Below are positions 1-9,584 of a DNA stretch of 64,000 bases, in pieces (within the stretch, counting starts at the first letter, position 1; each line of letters opens with the position of its first letter). The position numbers and the translations under genes are program-made. The stretch spans positions 1 through 64,000 of the forward strand of contig JAXMNT010000017.1 of assembly GCA_034670305.1 (NCBI GenBank). The letters run 5' to 3'. Below the pieces are notes generated by a model that was not told the origin of the DNA, searched no databases, and worked only from the letters and a program-made list of their open reading frames with translations. The stretch is from Deltaproteobacteria bacterium (GTDB lineage: Bacteria; Myxococcota_A; Polyangia; Polyangiales; Houyiibacteriaceae).

Positions 1-124
1 TCCGCTGGGCATCGCGCTCCGATTCGCGCCTCGCCGTCGCGAAACACACGGCGTCCACGACGCGGGCAAGGGCACGGGCAAGGGCAACGGCAAGGGAGCA
101 GGTCGCTTTTCAGCGACCTGCTAG
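1..124 (+). mobile_element. Right end of IS5-like/MITE element, truncated by the window edge
   Basis: Nearly identical to 16638-16761; ends in TTTTCAGCGACCTG followed by CTAG; contains a GGGCAA/GGGCAC tract and the hairpin GCAGGTCGCT-TTTC-AGCGACCTGC (98-121). Confidence 0.65.
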
Positions 125-177
125 GGGGTAGAGGGCGGGCGCTTTGCGTCTGCGGTGAGGATCGTACACTCCGGGGT

Positions 178-684
178 ATGCGTTCCCGCTCCTTGGCCGC
201 TTGGGCCCTCTTCGTACTCCCGATGTTCGGGTGTGGGGAAGAAGTCGAAGCGGAGGTTCCGGAGCGGCGGGCGGCGGAGTACCGCAGCGAGCGCGTCGAT
301 GTGGAGATGGATCGGGCGAGCGAAGTGGTGCGGACGCGCGGCTTCACCGACCAGGGCGTGGTGTGGCGCGGGTTTCTTGTCGACCGGGGTGCGGCGACCG
401 ACCAGGTGAGTCTGCGCAGCGGCAACTGCTACGTGGTGCTCGGGGTCGCGAGCTCGGCGGTCGAGTCGCTCGAACTCTCGCTCTTCGATTCGGACGGCGC
501 GGCGGTCGCGCGCAACACGCCGGGCACCCCGGCCCTGCACTACTGCCCGCCGGGTTCGGGCACCTTCTTCGTGGCGGTGCGGGCCAGCGGCAGCGGGCTG
601 TTTGCGGTTCGCCGGTTCGAGGGACCCGCGGGCATCGACGTGCGTCTCGACGACCTGGCGCCGAGTCCCAGCGAGCGCCCGTGA
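178..684 (+). CDS. Putative lipoprotein with one PPC-like/beta-sandwich Cys-paired domain
   Basis: Signal peptide ending MFGC; motif GNCYVVLG...LELSLFDSDG...HYC shared with the next three genes. Confidence 0.75.
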   Translation: MRSRSLAAWALFVLPMFGCGEEVEAEVPERRAAEYRSERVDVEMDRASEVVRTRGFTDQGVVWRGFLVDRGAATDQVSLRSGNCYVVLGVASSAVESLELSLFDSDGAAVARNTPGTPALHYCPPGSGTFFVAVRASGSGLFAVRRFEGPAGIDVRLDDLAPSPSERP

Positions 685-2492
685 GGCGGATGGTCGCAGG
701 ACCGGTCCTTCTCTGGACCGGGCTCGCGCTTGCAGCCGGGTGCGGCGCGCCGCCCGAGGAGCCCGTCGACGAGCCGAGCGAACTTCTGGGCCCGCTCGAC
801 GATCTCGCGCGCCGGTTCGGTCGGCTCCGTCGCCGCCTCGAGACGCGAGGCTACGGTCAACCGACGCAGGCCTTTCGGACGTTCGTGCTCCAAGGGGAGG
901 GGGAGGCCCTGCCCGTCGACCTCGCGACCGGCACCTGCACCACGTGGGTGGCACTGGGGGGCGGCGGATTGCGCGACCTGGGCATGACCGTGTTCGATGG
1001 GGACGGAGCCGAGGTCGCGAGCGATGCGGTGCGGGGGGAGGGCGCGCTGGTCCATGTGTGTCCGCCGCAACGACAAGAAGACACGGTCCGGCGAGGGTTC
1101 ACCGAGACCGCGCCCTACTACGTGGAGCTCGATGCGGCCGACGGATCGGGGGCTGTGGTCGTTGGCAGTTTCGTGAGCGCGGTCGGGGCCGGCGAAGGGT
1201 TCGCGGATCTCTTCGAAGGGTTGCTCGTGCCTCCGGTGCCGTTCGTGGAAGTCGAAGCCGCATTGACCGAAGCGCGCGAGACGCTTCGCGAGCGCGGCAT
1301 GCAGCCGGAGGGCGAACCGGACTTCGAGCGCATGGTCGCCGGCCGCAGTTGGCGCCGCCCGATCGCCCTGGAAGCGGGGCGATGTTACGCGGTGGTGGCG
1401 CGCGGTGGAGCGGGCGTCGAGGACGTCGACCTCTACCTCTACGACGCGGTGGGTGCGGAGGTGGCGCGGGACCTTGGCCAAGACGCGGCGCCTCGGTTGG
1501 AACACTGTGTCGACGAAGACGAGTCGGCGACGCTCGAGCTGCGGGTGTTCGCCGGCCAGGGGGCGGTCGGGGTGCTCGCGTTCTCGGCGCCACAATCCGA
1601 ACATGTGGAGCCCACCCACACCACCGAGGAGAACGAGGAAGAGCCCATCGTGGTGTTGGGCGAGACCCTGCGCGAGTTCGAAGCGCGGGGGTTCGACGAC
1701 GTGCTCTACGTAGTGCGGGACGCGGCGATCAACCCGGGCGAGAGCCGGACGCACCGACTGACGCTCGGCCCGGGCTGCGCGCTTCTGGCGGGCGCCGGGG
1801 GACCCGAGGAACTCGACCTCGATCTCTACTTGGCGGACGACACCGAGACCGTGGATCGAGACACGCGGGTGCACCGCCGTGCGTGGGTGGCCGCCTGTCC
1901 GGCCGTCGCGACGCCGTACCGCGTGACCGTGAAGGCGTATGGGCGCGGCCGGTATGCGCTGGCGCGGGTCGTCGCCTCGACCGGGGAGGGTGCGCTGCCG
2001 GCGATCACCGACATCGCCCGCGTGCGCCTCGCATTGGCCATGGACGCGGACGCCGCCGACGCGCCGGTCGAGACGTACGTGGTCGGCCCGGACGAGCCGG
2101 TGGAGATTCGGGTGCCGCGCAACGACGGTTGCGTCGATGTGGCGGTGGCGGCGAGTGAGAGCGTGCTGGACGTGGACCTTCTCTTGCGAGAGGGCGACAC
2201 GTTGCTCGCGTCGGACACGGGTCCCGCACCCTGGGCCCGCGTCACGCATTGTCTGAGCGGTCCACGCACCGGACCGCTGCGGTTGCAGATCGTGGCGTAC
2301 CGAGGCGAAGGAGAGGTCGTCCTGCGGTGGCTGCACGACCAGCGGCCCGAACCGCGTGTCCCGAACGAATCGCCCGCGCCGAACCTCGCGCCCGTGCCGC
2401 CCGTCGCGCCCGTCGCGCCCATCGTTCCCGCCATGCGGACCCACATGGCTGCCACCCGCGCAATCGAACCCCAGGAAGAGCCCTTCGAATGA
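681..2492 (+). CDS. Putative lipoprotein with four PPC-like Cys-paired repeats
   Basis: GTG at 681 overlaps the upstream stop (GTGA), alternative ATG at 690; lipobox LAAGC; four repeats of G.C..V..G....D.DL.L.D. Confidence 0.8.
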   Translation: MRRMVAGPVLLWTGLALAAGCGAPPEEPVDEPSELLGPLDDLARRFGRLRRRLETRGYGQPTQAFRTFVLQGEGEALPVDLATGTCTTWVALGGGGLRDLGMTVFDGDGAEVASDAVRGEGALVHVCPPQRQEDTVRRGFTETAPYYVELDAADGSGAVVVGSFVSAVGAGEGFADLFEGLLVPPVPFVEVEAALTEARETLRERGMQPEGEPDFERMVAGRSWRRPIALEAGRCYAVVARGGAGVEDVDLYLYDAVGAEVARDLGQDAAPRLEHCVDEDESATLELRVFAGQGAVGVLAFSAPQSEHVEPTHTTEENEEEPIVVLGETLREFEARGFDDVLYVVRDAAINPGESRTHRLTLGPGCALLAGAGGPEELDLDLYLADDTETVDRDTRVHRRAWVAACPAVATPYRVTVKAYGRGRYALARVVASTGEGALPAITDIARVRLALAMDADAADAPVETYVVGPDEPVEIRVPRNDGCVDVAVAASESVLDVDLLLREGDTLLASDTGPAPWARVTHCLSGPRTGPLRLQIVAYRGEGEVVLRWLHDQRPEPRVPNESPAPNLAPVPPVAPVAPIVPAMRTHMAATRAIEPQEEPFE

Positions 2493-3658
2493 GAGGTCAG
2501 GCGCTCCTCGTGTGCGCGGGGTGCTGGTTTCTCGCCACGACCGCAGGCGCCGACGAACGGACGGCACGGTGCCTGTCCGCGGCGGTGGGCGACGCGCCGA
2601 ACGAGCGTTTTCACGACTTCGTCCAGCCGGGTCGGGCCGTGCAGCATACGGTTCGCCTCACCGACCGGTGTGCGACCTTCGTCGCGGTGGGTGCGGACCG
2701 TTTCGCGGACGTCGACCTCGAGATCCATCGGCCGAGTGGCGAGACGGTGGCCCTCGACGAGCGCGCGCATCCGGAGGGCTGGGTGACCTATTGCGGCGAG
2801 CCGGCCGAGCGGCTCCACCTGGTCGTACGCAGTTCCCGGCGCAACGAGGTCGAGGTCTGGCACCTCACGGGTGTGCGCGAGCGACCGAATCTGGAACGCG
2901 ACGTCGGGTTGTGTTTTGCCCTGGCCCCTGGCCCCTCGACCTCGTCTCGGACCGAGATCGGTCCGTCGCCGCCGCGTCCGCTCGACACCCGAGCCGCGCT
3001 GACCGTCGAACGCTTGGAGGCGGAGGGGTGGACCGTTCGCGAACTGCCCGCGGGCACGCGCTCCGGGCAGTGGGACGTGCCGCTGCAGCCGGACACCTGT
3101 TACCAGGTGGTGGTGTTGTCGGAAGGACCGGTGGACGCGCGCTGGCTGGACGCGGACGGAACCGAGTTGCTTCACGACCGACGCGGTCGATCCGAAGCCA
3201 CGATGCAGGGCTGCCCGGAGTCGTCTCTGGCGACGACCGTCGCGGTGTCCGGCCGTTCGGATGCCTCCGGTGCACCGCTCCCGGTCCACGTGTTGCTGGC
3301 TGAGACGAACGTCGGCGCTGCGGGAGACGGGCTTCGAGGCGACGGGCGGCTTGGGTTCGTGGTTGCCCGAGAGAGTGGCGCCCGACGTCTGGTGCGTCGC
3401 GCATGGTTGACGGTGGGCGACCGACTCGCGGTTCCGCTCGGGGCCGCCATGCCGGGCGCGTGCGAGGTCTTCGTCGCGGTGGCGGCTCGGCGAGAGACCC
3501 GCCTCCGGCTGGCGACCTACCGCAACGGAGTGCGGCACTCGTGGGGTCAGGGCCGTGGGTCGGCACGGGTGTTCGTGTGCGGCGCGCGCTCCCACGTAGA
3601 GCTTCGGTCGGACGCCCCCGGAGAGGTGCAATTGTGGACTGGGGCTCCGTCGCCATGA
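2489..3658 (+). CDS. Exported protein with about three PPC-like repeats
   Basis: ATGA overlap with the upstream gene; hydrophobic N-terminus; motifs CATFVAVG..DVDLEI and TCYQVVV. Confidence 0.75.
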   Translation: MRGQALLVCAGCWFLATTAGADERTARCLSAAVGDAPNERFHDFVQPGRAVQHTVRLTDRCATFVAVGADRFADVDLEIHRPSGETVALDERAHPEGWVTYCGEPAERLHLVVRSSRRNEVEVWHLTGVRERPNLERDVGLCFALAPGPSTSSRTEIGPSPPRPLDTRAALTVERLEAEGWTVRELPAGTRSGQWDVPLQPDTCYQVVVLSEGPVDARWLDADGTELLHDRRGRSEATMQGCPESSLATTVAVSGRSDASGAPLPVHVLLAETNVGAAGDGLRGDGRLGFVVARESGARRLVRRAWLTVGDRLAVPLGAAMPGACEVFVAVAARRETRLRLATYRNGVRHSWGQGRGSARVFVCGARSHVELRSDAPGEVQLWTGAPSP

Positions 3659-4614
3659 ATGCGGGGACAGGTCGGACCGGCCGTCGCCCTGCGGTTGTGC
3701 AGTGCTCCAGCGCGTTTCTCTCGGCGTGCCTTGTGTGTGCGTGTGGGGCCGCGCCACGACCGGTGCCCTCCGGCAGTCCCCCGACGGTGGACCCCGCGGA
3801 ACCTGGACTCGACGTGGGTTTCGACGCGTTCGAACGCGCGCTCGCGCACGCAGAGCTCGCCGTGGTGTCGACCGAGCTGCACGTGGGCTTCTTGCCGGCC
3901 CGGGAACGCATGACGGTGCCGGTTCGGCTCGGGGCTGGCTGCACTTCGGTCGTCGGGCGCGCACAAGGCATCCGCGATCTGGATCTTGCGCTCTACCTGC
4001 CCGACGGCACGCTCCTGGCGGAGGACACCCAGGTCGACGCGCACCCGACTGTGCAGGTGTGTGGTGCGGCGCGCTCGGTCTGGGTGCAGGTCGCTGCGTA
4101 TGCGGGGGCGGGCACATTCGAGTTGCGCGGGTACGCGCACGACGAAGCGGCGCTCGATGCGTTTGCCGAGGTGGTGGGCGGTCGGCCGGGGCGGCACCGC
4201 GGGGTGAACGATCCGCCACCGGGTGCGGTGCAGCGCGGGTTCGGACGCGAGGAGCGCCGCGCGAAGGTCATGGTCGCGCACGGGGTACCGACGCTGGTGG
4301 CGATCCGGTGGACGGCGGGCCGCTGCTGGATGGCACAGGCACGGACGGATCAACCGCGCTCCGATGCACGTCTGATCCGTGCACGGCTGGTCGACGCACG
4401 CGGAGGGGTTCTGGTGGACGAGGCGCCCGGCGCACTCGTCCAACTGCAGTGGTGCCCCCGCGAGGACGGGGAAGGCGCGATCGAAGTGGGCGTCACGGAT
4501 CCGGGCTCGGTCGAGGTTCAGGTCACGTTGTACAGCGGGCGGGAGGACGAGGTCGGGGGCGAGGCCGGATTGTGGCAAGGCAACCGTTCCGAAGGTGTCG
4601 CGGATGAACCCTGA
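3655..4614 (+). CDS. Putative lipoprotein with two PPC-like repeats
   Basis: ATGA overlap; LVCAC lipobox-like site; GCTSVVGRAQGIRDLDLALYLPDG. Confidence 0.75.
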   Translation: MNAGTGRTGRRPAVVQCSSAFLSACLVCACGAAPRPVPSGSPPTVDPAEPGLDVGFDAFERALAHAELAVVSTELHVGFLPARERMTVPVRLGAGCTSVVGRAQGIRDLDLALYLPDGTLLAEDTQVDAHPTVQVCGAARSVWVQVAAYAGAGTFELRGYAHDEAALDAFAEVVGGRPGRHRGVNDPPPGAVQRGFGREERRAKVMVAHGVPTLVAIRWTAGRCWMAQARTDQPRSDARLIRARLVDARGGVLVDEAPGALVQLQWCPREDGEGAIEVGVTDPGSVEVQVTLYSGREDEVGGEAGLWQGNRSEGVADEP

Positions 4615-5019
4615 GCGCCCCGCGGGCTGAACGCGCCGGGCGGTGGTCGCGCCGTCGCGTTGGGGGGCGCCAGAAGCGTGCGGCACCTGCCGAACGCTCC
4701 GGAACGAATCGCTGCGGGTGGGTTGCGGATCGATCGCGCCCCCCGTATCTGGCCGGTTTGTTGACCCGCGAGATCGCACCCTGATACCCGAGTCAGGTGC
4801 GACGCAGACCCTCCATGCAACGACATTCCCAAACCACCTCGAGCGACCGGGCCACCGAACCCGACGATCGGGACGTGGCGTCCAGGGTCCACGGTGGAAG
4901 CCACTTGGACAGCAACAGGGCAGGGCGGATCGCGAGATTGCACACACGGTTGTGGACCACGGGACGCGGTCAGAGCGCGCCCGGCGGTGTTTCCCAGCGC
5001 GAAAGCGCGCCCCGCAACC

Positions 5020-5035
5020 TGGCACAGAACCCGCA
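5020..5035 (+). promoter_or_regulatory. Possible sigma-54 promoter upstream of ddl
   Basis: TGGCAC-AGAAC-CCGCA keeps GG-N10-GC spacing, but the -12 element is imperfect. Confidence 0.3.
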
Positions 5036-5143
5036 ACCGCTGTCCTCGGTCGGGCACGCGGACGCACCGTTCGAATGTTCCACTGAAAATCCCCACGGCC
5101 CTCTCTTCTCCACCGGATCGGCCGGTGGAAAAAAAGGACGATC

Positions 5144-6130
5144 ATGAGTCAGTCCCCTCGTATCGGAGTTTTGCTCGGAGGCCTCAGCGCCGAGCGCGAG
5201 ATCTCTCTTCGCACCGGTGAAGCGATTCACGCGGCGCTCGTTCGGCGCGGCCACGCAGCCGAGAAGATCTACGTCGACGAAGACCTGGATCGGGTCCTCC
5301 GCCAGAACCCGATCGACGTCGCGGTCATCGCACTTCACGGCACGTACGGCGAAGACGGCTGTGTCCAGGGGCTGCTCGAGTTGCTCGGCATTCCGTACAC
5401 AGGCTCGGGTGTCATGGCGAGCGCGCTCGCGTTCGACAAGCTCAAGTCCAAAGAGATGTTCCGACTGCACAACGTGCCGACGCCGCCGTACTACGCGCTC
5501 GACGCCAGCCGGCTCGACGCGCTCGCGGAGATGCACGGGTCGTTTGGGTTCCCGGCGTTCGTGAAACCGCGGCGTGGCGGGAGCAGCGTGGGCGCAGGGC
5601 TCGCGACGGATCTTGCGGAGCTCAAGTCCCGCTGCGAAGAGGCGGCGCGCTTCGATGGTTCGGTCCTGGTCGAGCGCTTCGTGCGCGGCCGGGAAGTCGC
5701 CGTGGGTGTGCTCGACGGACGCGCGCTCGGTGCGGTCGAGATCGAACCGCTCGGCGGGTTCTACGACTACAAGTCGAAGTACCAAAAGGGCCAGAGCCAA
5801 TACCACTTCCCGGCCCGACTCAGCCCCACCCGATACAAGGGCGTGCTGAACATCGCGGAGCGCGCAGTGCGCTGTCTCGACGTGACCGGCGCCGCGCGGG
5901 TGGACCTGTTGGTCACCGAGGGCGAGAACGAATACGTACTCGAAGTGAACACCCTCCCAGGCATGACGGCGACTTCGCTTCTGCCCATGATCGCCAAGGG
6001 CGCCGGCTACGACTTCGACGACCTCTGCGAAGCGATCCTCGAGCGCGCCACGCTCGGCACCCGGCCCAGCGTGGATGTGGAGACAGTGGTGTCCGCGGCC
6101 GCGTCGGTCCAGGCCTCCGCCAAGATCTAG
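5144..6130 (+). CDS. ddl: D-alanine--D-alanine ligase
   Basis: GGLSAEREISL, ALHGTYGEDG, KPRRGGSSVG, YDYKSKY and LEVNTLPGMT motifs. Confidence 0.97.
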   Translation: MSQSPRIGVLLGGLSAEREISLRTGEAIHAALVRRGHAAEKIYVDEDLDRVLRQNPIDVAVIALHGTYGEDGCVQGLLELLGIPYTGSGVMASALAFDKLKSKEMFRLHNVPTPPYYALDASRLDALAEMHGSFGFPAFVKPRRGGSSVGAGLATDLAELKSRCEEAARFDGSVLVERFVRGREVAVGVLDGRALGAVEIEPLGGFYDYKSKYQKGQSQYHFPARLSPTRYKGVLNIAERAVRCLDVTGAARVDLLVTEGENEYVLEVNTLPGMTATSLLPMIAKGAGYDFDDLCEAILERATLGTRPSVDVETVVSAAASVQASAKI

Positions 6131-6158
6131 CCCCCAACCAACGGTCGATCGAGCCCGG

Positions 6159-7043
6159 TCAGGGCCCCAGGTAGCGCGCGTAGAGGAGGCCGCGTTCGTC
6201 CTCCGATATGCGCAAGGGCACGACATCCGTCCGCCGCACGCGAAGCGCGGCGAGGGACTGGGCGAGCGTGTAGTAGACCTCGATGCTGTGCTCCCCGAGT
6301 GCATGGCGGCACGTGAGGAGCTGGTGGTGGGTCGCTCCTTCGACCAGAGGTGTGTCGTCGGCCGCGACCACCGCGGGCATCGGCGCGCCGGCGAACTGAA
6401 CGGCGCAGAGCCGGTCACCGCGGGTGATGGAGACGTTGTCCCCGGCGGCCACGTTCGCGTGGAGCCAGCGGCGGGCGGGGTAGGACGGCGCATCGCCCAC
6501 GGTGGCGACGAAGCTCATCGCCGGGTTGCCGTCGTGTCCCGCGTGGCCACGAATCCGCACCCGAATCCGCTGACCGACGTCGACGAACTCAGCGAGCGGC
6601 GCACTCTCCTTCGAGAAGGTCAGATCCGCCCAGCCCTCCCCAAAGGCGGTGCGACAGCGAACGGTCGCGCGCTGGCTGACTTCTTCGAGGGGCCGCGTCT
6701 CTTCCTCCAGCTCCAAGCGGTAGCGTGAGCGATCCGCAGGCCGCACCGACTCGAGCCCGCCCACTTGGGCCAAGTCGCACAGGCGCTCTTTGCCCCGCAG
6801 CCCGTCCGGGAACATGGAGGCCAGCCGCGGATCGGCCGGATCCTCTTCGACTTCGGGCCAGTCTTCCGGCGGTGCCTCCGTCGGTAGCCACTGGGCCGTC
6901 GTGGGTTCGACCCGAACCGGCGGCGCCGGAGCGTCCGCGCATCCCGCGGTCGAGGCGATGCATCCGAGGGCCATCAGGCCGATCGCTCCGTTGAACCATC
7001 GGCCGGGCGCCTGTCCGGGTACCTGTATGCGTTCCGTTGCCAT
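6159..7043 (-). CDS. Hypothetical lipoprotein with a duplicated unknown domain
   Basis: Lipobox TAGC; resembles 25294-26241. Confidence 0.7.
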   Translation of the reverse strand: MATERIQVPGQAPGRWFNGAIGLMALGCIASTAGCADAPAPPVRVEPTTAQWLPTEAPPEDWPEVEEDPADPRLASMFPDGLRGKERLCDLAQVGGLESVRPADRSRYRLELEEETRPLEEVSQRATVRCRTAFGEGWADLTFSKESAPLAEFVDVGQRIRVRIRGHAGHDGNPAMSFVATVGDAPSYPARRWLHANVAAGDNVSITRGDRLCAVQFAGAPMPAVVAADDTPLVEGATHHQLLTCRHALGEHSIEVYYTLAQSLAALRVRRTDVVPLRISEDERGLLYARYLGP

Positions 7044-7197
7044 TCCCTGGACGTGGTGGTAACTCTCCAAGCGCTCGGGAGCCAGTCCACCACGCGTTGC
7101 GTGCCACTCCTTCCGAACATCGCGGGCGCAGAGTGCCCCCGCGAACCCCAAGGATTTGCGTCGGACCGATGGTTCGGCGCCCTACATAAGAGAACCC

Positions 7198-9174
7198 ATG
7201 ACGTTCACCGAAGCCGCCGTAGAGGTGCTCCGGCTGGTTGGCAAACCACTCCACTACAAGAAGATCACCGGCATCGCGATCGAGAGGAACCTCCTCTCGC
7301 ACTTGGGCAAAACGCCTGAGACCACGATGTCCTCCCGCCTGGCGACCATGGTTCGCAAGGATCGCGGAGACGCCCCGATCATCAAAGTGAAGCCCGGTGT
7401 GTTCGGCCTCCGCGAGTTCCAAGAAGAAGTCCTGGAAGCCGCCAAACACGAGTCGGGACACGACTACGAACTTCCCGAAGACGCCGACGAAGCCGAGCCC
7501 GTCGAGGCGGAGGCCAAGCCGGCCGAGAAGAAGGCGCCCAAGGCCGACGCGCTTCCTGGCTCCGATGTCTTCCCAGAAGAAGACGACGACGACGAGCTCA
7601 TCCTGGCCAAGCTCGACGACGAAGACGACGACGAGCCGAAACGACGGGGCAAGCGCCGCCGTCGCAAGCGCCGTGGCAAAGAGGACGATGACGATCGCAC
7701 CGATCGCGACCGGGACCGGGACCGCGGTGGCGACGGCGGAGGCCGCGATGGCGGAGGCCGCGATCGTGGAGGCCGTGACCGGGACCGCGAATCCTCGCGC
7801 CGGCGACGCGGGGGACGCAAAGATCGCGATGGCGGCCGGGGCGAAGAGCGGGATCGTTCGGCGCGTCGGAAGCCCATCGCCGGCGATTGGGAGATGCAGG
7901 CGTCCGGGGACGACAACATCGGCGGAGATCTCGCCGATGCCATCGTGGCCGTGCTCTCCGGCGGCTCCAGCGCCCGCACGCTCACCGATGTGGCGAGCGC
8001 GCTTGTAAAGAAGGGGCGGCTCTCAGGGTCGCCCAGCCAGCTGCCGCCGACCTTGGCTGCCGCGATTCGCGGAGACGAAGCCCGCCGAGGCCTCCGGGGC
8101 GACACCCCGCGGGTTCGGTTGCAGGGATCGTCGGTAGAACTCTGTGCGTGGGGCCATCCCTCCGACGCCGCCAAGGCAGAGAACGACGCGCGCAAGGCCG
8201 CCGAACGGCAGCGCGAGACCGTACACCGGGCGCTCATGAAACGCATGGCGCGGCTTCCGGCCGCGAGTCTGCTCGAACTGCTCGCCACTTGGCTCAACGC
8301 CGAGGGGGTCAGCGGTCTGCGGGGCGTCCGGATCGAGGGCTCGAGCTCGAACGAGTTCCACCTCGCCGGGTCCCTTCGACAGGGCCCGATCGAAGTGCCG
8401 CTCGCGATCGCCGTCCTTCGCGATGGCAACCTCTCGCGGGAGAAGGTCGTGGAGCTCCGCGGTGGCCTTCACCACTACGGGGATGCCCGCCAGATCTGGC
8501 TGATCGGTCTGGGAGGCGTCCTTCGAGGCGCCCGGGAAGAAGCCAGCAGCCCTGGTGTCGCGCCGGTGGCGCTCTTCGGCGGGCTCGAAGTCGCCGCGGC
8601 CATGGAGCGATGTGGCGTTGGCGTGCGGACGGTGCATGTCCCGCTCGCGGTCCTGGACCTGGACCTGCTCGACGAACTTGCGGGACCCGGACGGGCCGAA
8701 CCCGTACGTGCGGAGAAGGCGGACGCCAAGGACTCCCAGGACTCCAAGAGCGATGCGGAAGACGGGGAGACCTCCGAAGACGATGAGAACGAGGAAGGCG
8801 GCAAGCGCCGTCGTCGTCGTCGGCGGCGTCGTGGTCGCAAGGGCGGCGACGGAGAAACCGCGGAGGGCGAGACGGCGGAAGCATCGGCCGAGGCCGGCGC
8901 CGACACTGCGAAAGCCAAGTCGAGCGATGAGGACGCGGACGAAGACGACGAAGACGAGCCCTTGTTCCCGTCGGACGACTCGGATGAGGACTCGGACGAT
9001 TCGGACGACGACTCGGACGATTCGAACGACGACTCGGACGACGACTCGGACGACGACTCGGATGACGACTCGGACGACGACTCGGACGACGACTCGGACG
9101 ACGACTCGGACGACGATTCGGTGGACGATGGCGAGACCGACGAGGCGCCCCAGGGCAAAGGCGAGAGCGAGTAG
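7198..9174 (+). CDS. HARE-HTH domain protein with a degenerate Mrr-like domain and an acidic tail
   Basis: N-terminal MTFTEAAVEVLRLVGKPLHYKKIT...GKTPETTMSSRL is typical of HARE-HTH; second HTH-like segment; poly-Arg tracts; (DDDS)n tail. Confidence 0.75.
   Translation: MTFTEAAVEVLRLVGKPLHYKKITGIAIERNLLSHLGKTPETTMSSRLATMVRKDRGDAPIIKVKPGVFGLREFQEEVLEAAKHESGHDYELPEDADEAEPVEAEAKPAEKKAPKADALPGSDVFPEEDDDDELILAKLDDEDDDEPKRRGKRRRRKRRGKEDDDDRTDRDRDRDRGGDGGGRDGGGRDRGGRDRDRESSRRRRGGRKDRDGGRGEERDRSARRKPIAGDWEMQASGDDNIGGDLADAIVAVLSGGSSARTLTDVASALVKKGRLSGSPSQLPPTLAAAIRGDEARRGLRGDTPRVRLQGSSVELCAWGHPSDAAKAENDARKAAERQRETVHRALMKRMARLPAASLLELLATWLNAEGVSGLRGVRIEGSSSNEFHLAGSLRQGPIEVPLAIAVLRDGNLSREKVVELRGGLHHYGDARQIWLIGLGGVLRGAREEASSPGVAPVALFGGLEVAAAMERCGVGVRTVHVPLAVLDLDLLDELAGPGRAEPVRAEKADAKDSQDSKSDAEDGETSEDDENEEGGKRRRRRRRRRGRKGGDGETAEGETAEASAEAGADTAKAKSSDEDADEDDEDEPLFPSDDSDEDSDDSDDDSDDSNDDSDDDSDDDSDDDSDDDSDDDSDDDSDDDSVDDGETDEAPQGKGESE
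8972..9120 (+). repeat. Coding 12-bp tandem repeat GACTCGGACGAC (DSDD)
   Basis: Visible directly in the sequence. Confidence 0.9.
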
Positions 9175-9199
9175 CGCCTAGGCGTTGCGCAGACGAGAG

Positions 9200-9237
9200 A
9201 AAGCCCAACTTCCGGCGAGGAGGTTGGGCTTTTTGTT
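9200..9237 (+). terminator. Rho-independent terminator
   Basis: AAAGCCCAACTTCC-GGCGA-GGAGGTTGGGCTTT followed by a T-run. Confidence 0.85.
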
Positions 9238-9264
9238 CGTTGGTGGGAGGCTGAAGGCCGAGAA

Positions 9265-9557
9265 GCCGAAGCCGAAGCCGAAGCCGAAGCCGACGCCGAA
9301 GCCAAGGCCGAAGCCGATGGCCGACGCCGATGCCGAAGGCCGAAGGCCGAAGCCGACGCCGATGCCGAAGCCGATGCCGAAGCCGATGCCGAAGCCGATG
9401 CCGAAGCCGATGCCGAAGCCGATGCCGAAGCCGATGCCGAAGCCGATGCCGAAGCCAAGGCCGATCGCCGCCAAGGCCGATCGCCGATGCCAAGGCCGAC
9501 GCCGATCGCCGACGCCGACCGCCGATGCGACGCCGATGGATGGGCGGACGCCGATGC
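9265..9557 (+). repeat. Intergenic hexamer array (GCCGAA/GCCGAT), degenerate at the 3' end
   Basis: Visible tandem repeat between convergent genes. Confidence 0.95.
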
Positions 9558-9584
9558 TGAAGCGGGCCCCAGTTTTCTCAGGCC

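Noticed and set aside
5109-5135. Hairpin before ddl as an intrinsic terminator
   Set aside because: No U-tract follows the stem on either strand
4797-5147. 116-aa ORF overlapping the ddl start
   Set aside because: Atypical composition and codon bias, no recognisable motif
7198-9174. Active Mrr-type defence system
   Set aside because: Catalytic motif not evident and no methylase or defence-island context; retained only as a putative regulatory protein
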